A DNA stretch of 64,000 nucleotides from Thermodesulfobacteriota bacterium (GCA_049323095.1 JBMOME010000054.1:10996-74995); one strand, 5' to 3'. Positions 36,529 through 49,767 are shown, numbered from the stretch's first letter. Made by a program: numbers and translations. The notes: generated by a model not told the origin, from the sequence alone.

Positions 36529-37491
36529 ATGGCAATACTGATTACAGGCGGAACAGGATTCATTGGAGCCGAGGTGGTTCGACTACTTCTTGAAAAGGGC
36601 GAAAAAAACCTGGTGGTTTTTGACATCAATACCTCGACGAAGTACCTCGACGATGTCAAGGATCAGGTCGAGATCGTTCGTGGAGATCTAGGCAATTTCA
36701 GCCACGTGCTGAACGTGGTGAAGAGCGCGCGACCAAAGACGATCTACCATCTCGGCGGTATGCTTTCCGTGCCGTCCGACGCAGATCCGGCCGCAGCTTT
36801 CCGCGCGAACGCGATGGGCACCTTCCATGTGCTGGAGGCGTCAAAACTCCTTGAAGTGCCTCAAGTGGTCTTCTCCAGCACCATCGGCACGTACGGGCTG
36901 AACATCCAAACAGGCGTCATCGACGATTTCACCTTACAGCGGCCTCAGCTCTTTTACGGCACCACTAAAGTCTTTTGCGAGCACATGGGCCTATTTTACA
37001 AGCGGAAATACGGCCTGGATTTCAGAGGTATCCGGTATCCGTCCATTGTTGGGCCTGGCGTGAAGACCCCAGGGGTGGTTCAATACACCTCCTGGGTGAT
37101 CGAGGAATGTGCGAAAGGCAATCCGTTTACCATACGGGTAAAACCGGAAACCCGTTGCCCGGTGATGTATTTCAAGGACTCCGCGTCTTCCATTGTGAAG
37201 TTGGCTTCCGCTCCGCTGGAAAAGCTCGAGATGGTGAACTACGTGGTTGCGGGCGTGACTCCCATCGCGAGCGCACAGGAATTGGTCGACGTGGTCAAGA
37301 AAAGGATCCCTGGCGCCGATATCCGCTTTGACCCGGATCTAGAGCTTCAGGCCATTCTCGATAAACTGCTGCTGCCGATCGACGATACGCGGGCAAGAGA
37401 GGAGTGGGGCTGGAAACCGGAATACGACCAGGAACGAACCGTGGATGACTTCTTGGAAGAATTGAGGCTGCATCCGCAAAGATACGAATAG
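36529..37491 (+). CDS. NAD-dependent epimerase/dehydratase-family SDR
   Basis: 320 aa. ITGGTGFIGAEV and the YGTTK catalytic motif. AGGAGG RBS. Confidence 0.85.
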   Translation: MAILITGGTGFIGAEVVRLLLEKGEKNLVVFDINTSTKYLDDVKDQVEIVRGDLGNFSHVLNVVKSARPKTIYHLGGMLSVPSDADPAAAFRANAMGTFHVLEASKLLEVPQVVFSSTIGTYGLNIQTGVIDDFTLQRPQLFYGTTKVFCEHMGLFYKRKYGLDFRGIRYPSIVGPGVKTPGVVQYTSWVIEECAKGNPFTIRVKPETRCPVMYFKDSASSIVKLASAPLEKLEMVNYVVAGVTPIASAQELVDVVKKRIPGADIRFDPDLELQAILDKLLLPIDDTRAREEWGWKPEYDQERTVDDFLEELRLHPQRYE

Positions 37492-37544
37492 CGCGAATGC
37501 GGCTTGAACTCATGTTTCTGCGCGTTGAGCTTGAGGTCTTTGTG

Positions 37545-37737
37545 CCTGCCCCAGGTCCCTCTCCCTCAATCCCTCCCGCCGGGGGAGGGAGAGTGCACCG
37601 GCAGGGACGCCGGCGCCTACTGAAAGCGTAACCCCTTCCGCGAGGGGAGTGGAATAAGTCCCCATCCTTCGATGGGAAGGCACAGGGGAATAGAATTAGT
37701 CCCCCTCCCTTGATGGGAGGGGACAGGGGAGGGTGAG
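37545..37737. repeat. cluster of G/C-rich REP units
   Basis: Two direct copies: GTCCCCATCCTTCGATGGGAAGGCACAGGGGA (37658-37689) and GTCCCCCTCCCTTGATGGGAGGGGACAGGGGA (37699-37730). CCGGCAGGGACGCCGGCGCCTAC (37598-37620) is also found at 54466-54488. A related unit lies at about 33528-33565. Confidence 0.75.
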
Positions 37738-37804
37738 ATCGGGTCAGTCTCAACGCGTGACCGCACCGTCTTTTTGCTGAAGAGAGTTTGTCCGAGCTGC
37801 AACC

Positions 37805-38566
37805 ATGCCGAATGAGAATTCACGGGAACCCGCGATTCTGGAAACCACAAACCTGACCAAGCATTTCGGCTCGTTGACAGCGGTCAATGGGGTGGATCTG
37901 CGGATCGGGCCTGGGGTGCAATCCGTCATCGGGCCGAACGGAGCCGGTAAGACCACGCTTTTCAATCTACTGAGCGGGTTCCTGGCGCCCGATAAGGGCC
38001 GTATCTCTTATCAAGGTATGGACATCACCGGGCTCTCGCCTTTCCAAATTTCCCAGATGGGCGTAGGGCGCTCCTTTCAGATAACCAGCATCTTTCCTGC
38101 GCTTTCAGTGAACGAAAACATCCGGGTGGCTGCGCAGTCCAGGCTGTCGGCGCGGTACAATTTCCTCATATCCTGTGACCGGCTTGAAGGAATAGATGAG
38201 GCCGCGAAGCGAATTCTCAAGCAAGTCGGCCTGGAAGCATGGGCGCAAACTCAGGCCAAAAACCTGCCATACGGTCTCCAGAGATGTCTGGACATCGGGA
38301 TTTCTCTCGCGACAAGTCCGCAACTGATTCTTCTGGACGAACCAACCTCAGGGATGAGCAGTGAAGACACGGAGAACATCCTAAAGCTGATCGGAGCGGT
38401 CGCCAAGACCATACCGGTGGTGCTCATCGAGCACAACATAGATGTGGTGCTGGCCATCTCCGACAGAATCGCCGTGCTCTATCAGGGAGTGCTGCTGGCG
38501 GAAGGCACGCCTTCTGAGATCCAGGCAAACAAGGAAGTCCAGGAAGCGTACCTGGGAGGGTACTGA
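37805..38566 (+). CDS. livG: branched-chain amino-acid-type ABC importer ATP-binding protein (LivG-like)
   Basis: 253 aa. GPNGAGKTT, LPYGLQRCLDIG, LLDEPTSGM, and the tail EVQEAYLGG. Confidence 0.9.
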   Translation: MPNENSREPAILETTNLTKHFGSLTAVNGVDLRIGPGVQSVIGPNGAGKTTLFNLLSGFLAPDKGRISYQGMDITGLSPFQISQMGVGRSFQITSIFPALSVNENIRVAAQSRLSARYNFLISCDRLEGIDEAAKRILKQVGLEAWAQTQAKNLPYGLQRCLDIGISLATSPQLILLDEPTSGMSSEDTENILKLIGAVAKTIPVVLIEHNIDVVLAISDRIAVLYQGVLLAEGTPSEIQANKEVQEAYLGGY

Positions 38567-38567
38567 G

Positions 38568-39263
38568 GTGCTGGCGCTCGAAAACGTTCATGCCCACTAC
38601 GGTGACAGCCATATCTTGAAAGGTATGACCTTCCAAGTCGAAGAGGGGCATGTGGCCACGCTCCTGGGCAGGAACGGCGCAGGCAAGACGACCACCTTGC
38701 GTGCCATCATGGGGCTTGTCCCGGTCAGCAGGGGCGTGGTCAGGTTTAACGATGCGGATATCACGAATCACAAACCTTACCAGATCGCGTCACACGGCGT
38801 GGGGTACGTGCCGGAAGAGAGGGCGGTGTTTCCCAGCTTGTCGGTTCATGAGAACCTGACCCTGCCGTCTTCCAAACAAGGGAAAGGGCTCTGGGACCTT
38901 GATAAGATCTTTACGTACTTCCCGGTGCTGAAGCAAAGAACCCACCATAGAGGGTCGCAGTTGTCCGGCGGCGAGCAGCAGATGCTCGCTATCGCGAGAA
39001 TCCTAACCATGAACGTTAAAATGACGCTCCTGGATGAGCCCACCGAGGGTCTGGCGCCGTTCCTGGTACGAGAGATCGCCAAGATAATCCAAGAGATAAG
39101 AAAAGAGCGAGTATCCATACTTCTGGTGGAGCAAAACACGCGGTTCGCGGTTCAAGTGGCTGACCGTCATTTTGTCATATACAACGGCAAAATCGTTTAC
39201 CAAGGCACCAACGAGGAATTCAAGGCGGACGAGGAGATAAAGAAGCGATATCTGGGGGTCTAG
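38568..39263 (+). CDS. livF: branched-chain amino-acid-type ABC importer ATP-binding protein (LivF-like)
   Basis: The ORF-track start 38442 lies inside livG. The in-frame GTG at 38568 follows the livG stop directly and gives VLALENVHAHYG... Motifs: GRNGAGKTT, LSGGEQQMLAIAR, LLDEPTEGLAP. Confidence 0.9.
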   Translation: MLALENVHAHYGDSHILKGMTFQVEEGHVATLLGRNGAGKTTTLRAIMGLVPVSRGVVRFNDADITNHKPYQIASHGVGYVPEERAVFPSLSVHENLTLPSSKQGKGLWDLDKIFTYFPVLKQRTHHRGSQLSGGEQQMLAIARILTMNVKMTLLDEPTEGLAPFLVREIAKIIQEIRKERVSILLVEQNTRFAVQVADRHFVIYNGKIVYQGTNEEFKADEEIKKRYLGV

Positions 39264-39306
39264 CATTCACTGTTTTGAGATTCGAACATATCGAGGAGGG
39301 AAAGAC

Positions 39307-40509
39307 ATGAGAACCAGGCTTAGTTTTGTGATGCCGTTCGTGCTGACTCTGGCGCTGTGCCTTGCGTGCGTGCCGCCGGGTTCGGCCGAGCCCGTGAAAA
39401 TCTCGATCTTGACCGACATGTCGGGTCCTTACGCGGGAATAACCGCGAGTAACGTGGAAGCCGTAAAGATGGCGATTGAGGACTTCGGTGGAAAGGCGCT
39501 CGGAGAGCCGATCGAGTTCATATATCGGGACCACATGTGCAAGCCAGATGTGGCAAATCAGAAGGCCAAGGAACTCTATGAAAAGGAACTCGTGGACGTA
39601 ATCTTCGACGTTCCGAACAGCGCCGCGGGCCTGGCTGTGTCCAATCAAGCCAAGCTGCACAAGAAGCTTTTCTTCAGTGTAGGTTCAGGAACCACGCGGC
39701 ATTCCGGGCCGGACTGCAATCGTTACACCTTTGACTGGGCGTACAACGATTACATGCTGGCAACAGCAGTTGGATTGTGGGCGGCAGACAATCTCGGCAA
39801 GAAATGGTTCACCATCACAGCGGACTATGCATGGGGTCACGATCTGCTCAAGCACTTTTCGGACGCGTTGAAGGCAAAGGGCGGGACCTTGCTGGGAAAC
39901 GAGATGGTGGCTCTGGGCGCGTCGGATTTCAGCCCGTACATCTTAAAGGCGATGAATGCCAATCCCGAGGTCCTCGTCTTGCTCAACGCAGGCAAAGACG
40001 GCGTGAATTCCACCAAACAGGCTGTAGAATTCGGGCTCAAGAAAAAGGCCAAGATCGTGCATGCCCTGCTCTTCATCGACGACATCAAGGCAGCCGGCGA
40101 CATTTTCGCCGATGACTACGTGACCGGCGCCTGGTACTGGAAGAGCGACAATCCCGGATCCAAGGAGTTTGTGGAAAAGTGGAGAAAGAAGTTCAACCGG
40201 CCGCCCAACTGGATGAATGCAGCAACTTACAGCGCGGTGATCCAATACCTGAAGGCAGTGGAACGCGCTAAAACAAAGGAAGTTCAGGCAGTGATCAAGG
40301 CCCTTGAGGGGCATGAGTTCAAAGACCTTTTGGCGAATCCGGGGAAAATCCGCGCTGAAGACCATATGCAGGTCGGTAAAGCCTACATCCTGCGGGTGAA
40401 GAAGCCGTCGGAAGTCAAAGAGGAGTGGGATTACTTCGAAATCGTGGGATCGATCCCGCCCGAACAGGCCTATCAGAACCCGAAAGATACAGGCTGCAAA
40501 ATGGAATAG
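39307..40509 (+). CDS. ABC importer periplasmic substrate-binding protein (type 1 PBP, LivK/amide-binding family)
   Basis: 400 aa. GAGGAGGG RBS, a signal peptide, and a PBP1 layout. Confidence 0.85.
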   Translation: MRTRLSFVMPFVLTLALCLACVPPGSAEPVKISILTDMSGPYAGITASNVEAVKMAIEDFGGKALGEPIEFIYRDHMCKPDVANQKAKELYEKELVDVIFDVPNSAAGLAVSNQAKLHKKLFFSVGSGTTRHSGPDCNRYTFDWAYNDYMLATAVGLWAADNLGKKWFTITADYAWGHDLLKHFSDALKAKGGTLLGNEMVALGASDFSPYILKAMNANPEVLVLLNAGKDGVNSTKQAVEFGLKKKAKIVHALLFIDDIKAAGDIFADDYVTGAWYWKSDNPGSKEFVEKWRKKFNRPPNWMNAATYSAVIQYLKAVERAKTKEVQAVIKALEGHEFKDLLANPGKIRAEDHMQVGKAYILRVKKPSEVKEEWDYFEIVGSIPPEQAYQNPKDTGCKME

Positions 40510-40539
40510 CGGAGTCGAGATCGGGCGTATTTGCTTCGT

Positions 40540-40800
40540 GTAGGGGCGCACGGCCGTGCGCCCCTACCAAAACCTGTTGCCCCGGAGCTATGGCGACAGA
40601 GCGGGTTCATGTAGACCAAATGGGGCGCGGGTGCCCGGGACGTTATACGTCCCGGCACCGAAGACACAACAAGCGAGGATCTTGCTGCACTGGTTGTAGA
40701 ACGACCTCAATTGGGATCGCGACCTTGAGAGAACCTCCGCACGGATGTGGGTGCGGTATCCCAAATCTGTGTAATCTGCGACATCTGTGGATAGAATCTC
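40540..40800. repeat. REP cluster between the binding-protein and permease genes
   Basis: GTAGGGGCGCACGGCCGTGCGCCCCTAC (40540-40567; related copy at 42696-42725). 40629-40663 is a copy of 19896-19930. 40765-40792 is an inverted copy of 7686-7713. Confidence 0.75.
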
Positions 40801-40848
40801 TTCACGGATGTGCGCACGTGCTGAACTTGGACGTGCGAGTAGGAGACG

Positions 40849-41727
40849 ATGAGCGCACAGTTCATCCTTATCCAGCTTTTTAACGGGCTGATCCTCGGAT
40901 CGCTCTACGTGCTTCTGGCGCTGGGGCTTTCCATTATCTTCGGCATGTTGGGGATTATCAATTTTGCCCACGGCGCGTTCTTCATGCTCGGCGCGTATAC
41001 CGCTTACACCCTAACCGCGTACCTGATACCTAACTTCTGGGTCGCGTTGGTCTGTGTGCCCATCATCATGGCGCTTTTCGGAGCCCTGTGCGAAGTGGTA
41101 TTCCTAAGACGGCTTTATGACCTGCCTCCGCTGTACATCATGCTGTTCACTTTCGGTCTGATGCTGGCTCTGCAAGACCTCATAAGGATGTCTTTCGGCA
41201 GCATGGGTGTGCCGTTCAGCACTCCCGATTCGCTTACCGGCGCGGTCAATCTGGGATTCATCTACTACCCCAGCTATCGTCTGTTCCTGATAATCGTCGC
41301 AGCCCTGGCTTCTCTCGGAGTCTGGTTATTCCTCACTAAAACCAAATTGGGCAGCATAATCCGAGCAGGCACGGACAACCCCAGGATGGTAGATGCTCTG
41401 GGAATCAACATCTCACGGGTGATCACCATGGTGGTCGCGCTAGGCACAGGCCTGGCCGGCTTGGCCGGCGTGCTGGCAGCGCCCATTCAGAATGTGCGTC
41501 CCCTGATGGGAATGGATTTCCTCATCGACTGCTTTGTGGTGGTAGTTATCGGCGGAATGGGCAGCCTGGGTGGCTCCATCGTCGGAGGCCTGATCGTGGG
41601 CGAAATCATAGCAATCGGGGTAATGGTGTGGCCGCCTATGGCCACAACCCTTATTTACCTGTTCATGGCCGCATTTCTTCTCGTGCGCCCTAGAGGGCTA
41701 TTCGGCCGCGAGGCATTTCACGACTAA
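40849..41727 (+). CDS. livH: ABC importer permease (LivH-like)
   Basis: 292 aa, polytopic, with INFAHGAFFMLGAY and GGMGSLGGSIVGG motifs. Confidence 0.9.
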   Translation: MSAQFILIQLFNGLILGSLYVLLALGLSIIFGMLGIINFAHGAFFMLGAYTAYTLTAYLIPNFWVALVCVPIIMALFGALCEVVFLRRLYDLPPLYIMLFTFGLMLALQDLIRMSFGSMGVPFSTPDSLTGAVNLGFIYYPSYRLFLIIVAALASLGVWLFLTKTKLGSIIRAGTDNPRMVDALGINISRVITMVVALGTGLAGLAGVLAAPIQNVRPLMGMDFLIDCFVVVVIGGMGSLGGSIVGGLIVGEIIAIGVMVWPPMATTLIYLFMAAFLLVRPRGLFGREAFHD

Positions 41728-41733
41728 TGTACC

Positions 41734-42660
41734 ATGTCACGTTTTAGTGTGATCTTACTAGCGATTGTAATTGCTTTGGCAGTGGCCTTCCCCTGGATTG
41801 CCCCGTACCAGGCATTGGCCAGCGAAATCTTGATCTTTGCCCTTTTTGCTATGGCCTATGATTTAGCGCTAGGATACGCGGGTATGCTCTCATTCGGCCA
41901 CGCCGCGTTTTTCGGAATCGGAGCGTATTCCACAGGCATCATCCTGATCAGGCTCCTCCCATCAATTCCACTGGCCCTCGCCGGAGCGGTAATCGTAAGC
42001 GCTCTGACAGCGCTTTTCGTTGGGTACGCGAGTATCCGCAGACACGGCATCTACTTCACCATGGTGACGCTTGCCTTTGCCCAGATGTTCTACTTCATAG
42101 CCTTCAAGTGGACGGGTCTAACAGGAGGGGATGATGGCTTGCAAGGAGTGCCCAGACCCAACCTCGGCCCAATAGATATGCACCCGGAGATCAACCTCTA
42201 TTATTTTATCCTGATATTGGTGGTGATCTCTATGGTCGCGATGGTGAGGGTCGTGCATTCTCCGTTTGGGGCTGCGTTGCAGGCGTTGCGTGAAAACCGG
42301 GACCGAGCCATGAGCGTGGGATACAACGTTGACCGATTCCGACTGATAGCGTTCATCATATCGGGCTTCTTTTCGGGCCTCGCGGGAGGTCTGTACGCGC
42401 TGCTCCTGAACTTCGTACCTCTGGGATCGTTGCACTGGACCACTTCCGGCGAAGTAGTTGTCATGGCGATCACAGGAGGCATGGGAACCCTGTTCGGGCC
42501 GGTTCTCGGAGCCGTGGGCATTATTTTGCTGCGCGACGTTATCAGTAACTATACCGAGAGCTGGAGCTTCTTCATGGGCTTGATTTTCATGGCCGCGGTG
42601 CTGGGTTTCCGAGGCGGCATAATTGGTATAGTACGCAAAGCTCTGAGGCTGCGTGCATAA
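41734..42660 (+). CDS. livM: ABC importer permease (LivM-like)
   Basis: 308 aa, polytopic, with GYAGMLSFGHAAFFGIGAY and GGMGTLFGPVLGA motifs. Confidence 0.9.
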   Translation: MSRFSVILLAIVIALAVAFPWIAPYQALASEILIFALFAMAYDLALGYAGMLSFGHAAFFGIGAYSTGIILIRLLPSIPLALAGAVIVSALTALFVGYASIRRHGIYFTMVTLAFAQMFYFIAFKWTGLTGGDDGLQGVPRPNLGPIDMHPEINLYYFILILVVISMVAMVRVVHSPFGAALQALRENRDRAMSVGYNVDRFRLIAFIISGFFSGLAGGLYALLLNFVPLGSLHWTTSGEVVVMAITGGMGTLFGPVLGAVGIILLRDVISNYTESWSFFMGLIFMAAVLGFRGGIIGIVRKALRLRA

Positions 42661-42751
42661 TGCGAATTCGCATTCAAAGAAATAATGTAATCCTGGTAGG
42701 GGCGCACCCGCGTGAGCGCCCTGGGCAGGCTTCGGCAAATAGGAATGCGAA

Positions 42752-45847
<3,096 letters not shown>

Positions 45848-46204
45848 ACGGAAACTCCTGAATCCATGCCCGATAGCGGTAATTCAGCTGGCGGGATATC
45901 ACAGCGGTTCGGGCTTGTCAATATTAAAACAAAAAAATGAGATATTATTTACAACGGCTATTTACCTATAGAATTATTATGTATCCATTAACCAATTAGT
46001 AAATTAAGAAAGGCTCATTGTTGTTATTCGCGAAAAACACTAAGGAAATCGCGCGCGATCAAATATTGAGTGCCCGCGGGACAGCGGCCCGGAAGGCAAA
46101 TCCCATCGGCACGGATATCCTGTAAGCCGTACGTAGGAAATAAGTCAGGCGTCGGTAGGGGCAGACCAGCGCGTCTGCCCAGGTCGCTCCAGGGCGCACA
46201 CGCG

Positions 46205-46350
46205 GGAGCCTGTCTCAAAAGTCATAATCTGCAACCCATTCGGTAGGGGCGGTTCGTGAACCGCCCGAAATCAGGGCGCTTCTCGAAGCGCCCCTACTTG
46301 AAATTCCGTGCATCACAGGGTTTTGCGACAGCCTGGCAGGTGCGCCCTAC
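46205..46350. repeat. uninterrupted copy of the MITE/REP-like element seen at 19784-20193
   Basis: See 19784-20193. Its ends resemble an inverted repeat: GAGCCTGTCTCAAAA (46205-46219) and TTTTGCGACAGCCTG (46321-46335). Confidence 0.7.
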
Positions 46351-46401
46351 AGGAAACGGCGCATCGAATAGAGGTCAATACCATGGCCTCGGTTACCGGT
46401 G

Positions 46402-46440
46402 GCAAAAACAAAGAAGGCGGAGAGCTCGAACTCTCCGCCT
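46402..46440 (-). terminator. rho-independent terminator of the outer-membrane protein gene
   Basis: On the minus strand, AGGCGGAGAG-TTCGAG-CTCTCCGCCT is followed by TCTTTGTTTTTGCC, about 38 nt after the stop at 46478. Confidence 0.8.
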
Positions 46441-46477
46441 CGTCGCCTAGCTGTTTATGTTTGAGCAAGTGAATCGA

Positions 46478-48211
46478 TTAGAACTCGCCCACGAAGGCCA
46501 TGTATCCGCCGATCACCGGGTCGATCACACGGTCGGGACGCGTCCCCCAGTTGTTATCCCCGTCAAGATTTGCCGGCGTGTCCCAGCCCGTGACGCCGAT
46601 GTCCTTGCACGCGTAGCTGAACCATTTGCCCGGCTGCCAGTAGCCGATCAGCGCCTCAAACCGGAAGCCCTCCAGGAGCCTCCAGTCAAGCCCGAGGTCA
46701 ACTTCCCAACCAAGGTTGCTGTCGGGAATGCTCGGAACAGCGCCCAGCCCTAGCGCAGCAGCCCCCGCGGGGAAATAGTTGTACACCACGTTCCCGACAA
46801 CAGTAGGGGAAATAAAGCCCCAGGGATAGGACTTGCTCACCCGGTCGGCCCACAGGAAGCTCGCCCAGGTGTTCAGATTCGCGGCAACTGCGTAATCAAC
46901 GCGCGACGCGTAAGCTATAGCATCGTGCAAGCTCCCCTCACGGCTAAATGCGGCGCTGAAGCCGTCATTGCCGCCACCATACTGGTTGGCGAGGAGCCAG
47001 CTGTACGGTCGGATCAGAACGCTATTGCACAGAACCGGCCTGATGATCGCGGTGCCGGCTACACCATGGGGCGGGATAGCGGCCGGGAGCCATCCCTGCG
47101 TGTCATTCAGCGCTCCTGCGCGGCGATCCAATCCTCCGCTCCAGTACAACATACCGCTCACTTTAAGAGGTCCTGCCACAGCGCCGACGATGCCTACGGC
47201 CTTCCAATCTTCAATATACGTCGGCCTCGTCGCCACACCCACGAGCCCTCCGCCAATTGCTGCGGGGCCGCCTGGGCTGGTGTTCATGGCCTGTTGGAAT
47301 TTGTCTATCCTCAGATAATGAGTAGCCTCGGCATTGAGGAAGAATACGCCGTTATTGAACTTCACGTAGTACGAGGCATGATGGTCGGCCCTATCAAAGG
47401 TGAGCGTCGCCTGTCGAACTGCAAGAGTAGCTGCTCTTTCAACACCCCCATGAATAAAGGTGTAGTCCTGAAAGGTCCCCAGATCGATGTTGCCCGCGGT
47501 GTAGGTTATGAATCCCGCCACTTCCGGCGCGCGCACCCCAGACCTGTCACGGATGTCACCCAAGTACGTCTGCCCTGACCTGAACGGGTACCCTGCCAGG
47601 CCGATACGAATAGGTCCGTAAGGCACGACCAAAAGCAACGAGTCGCTCGACAGGTTGTCGGTTCCGTCATATTGGAGCCCGAGTCCGAATGCGAAGGGGC
47701 GCTTGCCCATCGCGACGATACCCCAGGGCGTCTGCGCAGTGAGCCAAAACAGATACCACTGACCGTCCGTGAACGCGACCTTCATGCCGGGATTAACGCT
47801 ATTGGGGTTCTCGGATTCGAGCTGAATCCCATATCGGCCGAGATGGTAGCGTCCCCTCAGACGCACGGCCTGATTGATCCGAACCTCGGGATCGATGTCC
47901 GCCCACATGGTCTGGGACGATGCGTCATGGCCTGTCTTTATCTCAGTTGTGCCCAGATCGGCGCGAGTGCCCAAGTCGTTATTTCCCGCCCAAAAATTGA
48001 TGTTGGTCGCGTTGCCGACGACCGCGCCTTGGTCAACTCTGTCATAGATGCCGAAAAACCCCTGGTTGCCCAGCTGGCCGGCCCAGTACCATTTCCACCA
48101 ATACGCGCCTTCCATATGGAACTCCCACGCGAATGCGGGAGTCACCATGAGACACACGGCCAGTGCTATTCCCAGCACCGGAACTTTTCGCAATATTTTC
48201 GGGCGGATCAT
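46478..48211 (-). CDS. putative outer-membrane beta-barrel (porin-like) protein
   Basis: The ORF-track start is 48238. I prefer ATG 48211, with GAGGAGG upstream. Signal peptide MIRPKILRKVPVLGIALAVCLMVTPAFA. It is aromatic- and Gly-rich with alternating-pattern strands and ends in ...MAFVGEF, a terminal Phe typical of outer-membrane barrels. Confidence 0.7.
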   Translation of the reverse strand: MIRPKILRKVPVLGIALAVCLMVTPAFAWEFHMEGAYWWKWYWAGQLGNQGFFGIYDRVDQGAVVGNATNINFWAGNNDLGTRADLGTTEIKTGHDASSQTMWADIDPEVRINQAVRLRGRYHLGRYGIQLESENPNSVNPGMKVAFTDGQWYLFWLTAQTPWGIVAMGKRPFAFGLGLQYDGTDNLSSDSLLLVVPYGPIRIGLAGYPFRSGQTYLGDIRDRSGVRAPEVAGFITYTAGNIDLGTFQDYTFIHGGVERAATLAVRQATLTFDRADHHASYYVKFNNGVFFLNAEATHYLRIDKFQQAMNTSPGGPAAIGGGLVGVATRPTYIEDWKAVGIVGAVAGPLKVSGMLYWSGGLDRRAGALNDTQGWLPAAIPPHGVAGTAIIRPVLCNSVLIRPYSWLLANQYGGGNDGFSAAFSREGSLHDAIAYASRVDYAVAANLNTWASFLWADRVSKSYPWGFISPTVVGNVVYNYFPAGAAALGLGAVPSIPDSNLGWEVDLGLDWRLLEGFRFEALIGYWQPGKWFSYACKDIGVTGWDTPANLDGDNNWGTRPDRVIDPVIGGYMAFVGEF

Positions 48212-48339
48212 TGTTTCCTCCTCACGATCCGAGGCCAACTATGCAACAGAAGTCCACGGGTAATCCGGGCCTGCAGATCGGCAAGAGATTTCTCTTCACA
48301 GCCGCCTCGCTGCCGCGGGATTATCCCGGAGACGATTTG

Positions 48340-48368
48340 TTTGTATCAGAATTCTTCAAATAAGTCAA
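48340..48368 (-). promoter_or_regulatory. sigma-70-like promoter for the outer-membrane protein gene
   Basis: The minus strand reads TTGACT (48368-48363), 17 nt, TACAAA (48345-48340), in an AT-rich patch. It predicts a leader of about 120 nt. Confidence 0.45.
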
Positions 48369-48681
48369 TTAGAAATCTCCATAAACTAAAGTTATGGTTG
48401 ATATATTACGCGGCCACCACTGTGAGTGCTATCACTAATCTAATAATTTTGCTAGATTATTCTTTGGCTTTTTGCTGAAATTCTCGCGGGCCGGACCACG
48501 CACTTCGGACACATTACCGGCAAGACGCCGGTCCTACTGTTTGGGCGGGGCAACCGTCGGCGCTTTACCCCGCGTAACCAAACGCTTGCAGCCTCAAGGC
48601 GTTTGCGCTTGCTTGTGTACGGTTTTCTTTGGTACATTCTCACTTCATTTCAACGCCGTATTACGAGCTGGGCTGGTCTGA

Positions 48682-49746
48682 ATGAACATGAACAAGGGGA
48701 AGCGGATAGCTCTTGTCTGCGTAATTGCTGCCGCGGGCGTGGGCATCGCGATCTGGTGGCTTTGGTCAAGCCCGCAAGGCTCCACCGACACCAGGATCTT
48801 TGTCAGCGGCAATATAGAGGCCACCGAAGTGGATCTTTCCTTTCGATTGGGTGGCCAGATTGACTACTTGCCAATTGAAGAAGGCGACAGCGTCACCGCA
48901 GGCCAAGTGGTGGCGCGGCTGGACACACGCACCCTCGAAGCACAGAAAAAGGCAGCGGAAGCGGAACGGGCCGCAGCTCAGGCGACTTTGGACGAGCTGG
49001 TAACCGGCTCTCGAGTGGAAGATATAGAGGCGGCAAGAGCAGTATTGAAGGCTTCCGAAAGAAGGCTGGAAAACGCGCGAGCAGATTACGAGAGATATGT
49101 TCCTTTGTACAAACAGGGAGCCATATCCGCGTCCGCTTTCGATGCTCGTGAAACCGCGTACAGAGTAGCCCTTGAGGAACATAAGAAGGCGCGGGAAGAC
49201 CTTACCCAATTAGAGGTCGGTCCTCGGGAAGAGCGAATCCGGGCGGCTCGACACCGCTTGGACCGGGCAAAGTGGGAACTGGAGAAGATTGAGCTGGATC
49301 TCACGTACTCTGTGCTGCAGAGCCCCATCAACGGCGTGGTTCTGGTCAAATCCAACGAAAATGGAGAGGTGGTGCTGCCTGGCGCCACAGTTGCTACCGT
49401 CGCGGGCATCAACGAGGTGTGGCTCAAGGGATACGTGGGAGAAAAATACCTGGGCAAGATCAAGCTCGGTCAGACCGCGGAGATCACCACGGACACCTTT
49501 CCCAACAAGAAGTACCAGGGGCGGTTGACGCTGATTTCATCTCGTGCGGAATTCACGCCCAAGAATGTGCAAACGCCTGAAGAGCGCATCAAACAGGTGT
49601 ATCGAGTGAAAGTTACCATCCCAAACGTCCACCAGGAACTGAAAATCGGTATGCCCGCAGAGGGTTACATTCTGGTGGATTCCGAGCCTCCCAAACCGAC
49701 CGCCGACAACTCTCGGGTCGGCAGCGGTCCGGGTGCGCGACCGTAA
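48682..49746 (+). CDS. HlyD-family periplasmic adaptor (YbhG-like)
   Basis: 354 aa. It has an N-terminal anchor, a lipoyl-like domain, a long coiled-coil hairpin (AQKKAAEAERAAAQATLDEL...) and a beta-barrel domain. Confidence 0.9.
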   Translation: MNMNKGKRIALVCVIAAAGVGIAIWWLWSSPQGSTDTRIFVSGNIEATEVDLSFRLGGQIDYLPIEEGDSVTAGQVVARLDTRTLEAQKKAAEAERAAAQATLDELVTGSRVEDIEAARAVLKASERRLENARADYERYVPLYKQGAISASAFDARETAYRVALEEHKKAREDLTQLEVGPREERIRAARHRLDRAKWELEKIELDLTYSVLQSPINGVVLVKSNENGEVVLPGATVATVAGINEVWLKGYVGEKYLGKIKLGQTAEITTDTFPNKKYQGRLTLISSRAEFTPKNVQTPEERIKQVYRVKVTIPNVHQELKIGMPAEGYILVDSEPPKPTADNSRVGSGPGARP

Positions 49747-49767
49747 GCCCGGACCCACGGCCGTCGA

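Noticed and set aside
42659-42674. A perfect 16-nt palindrome AATGCGAATTCGCATT overlapping the livM stop.
   Set aside because: It is a single occurrence between convergent genes and too short to interpret. It is most simply part of a bidirectional termination region.
48212-48335. A known riboswitch class (for example cobalamin) in the OMP leader.
   Set aside because: No B12 box or other diagnostic conserved core could be recognised by eye. It is kept only as a low-interest structured-leader note.
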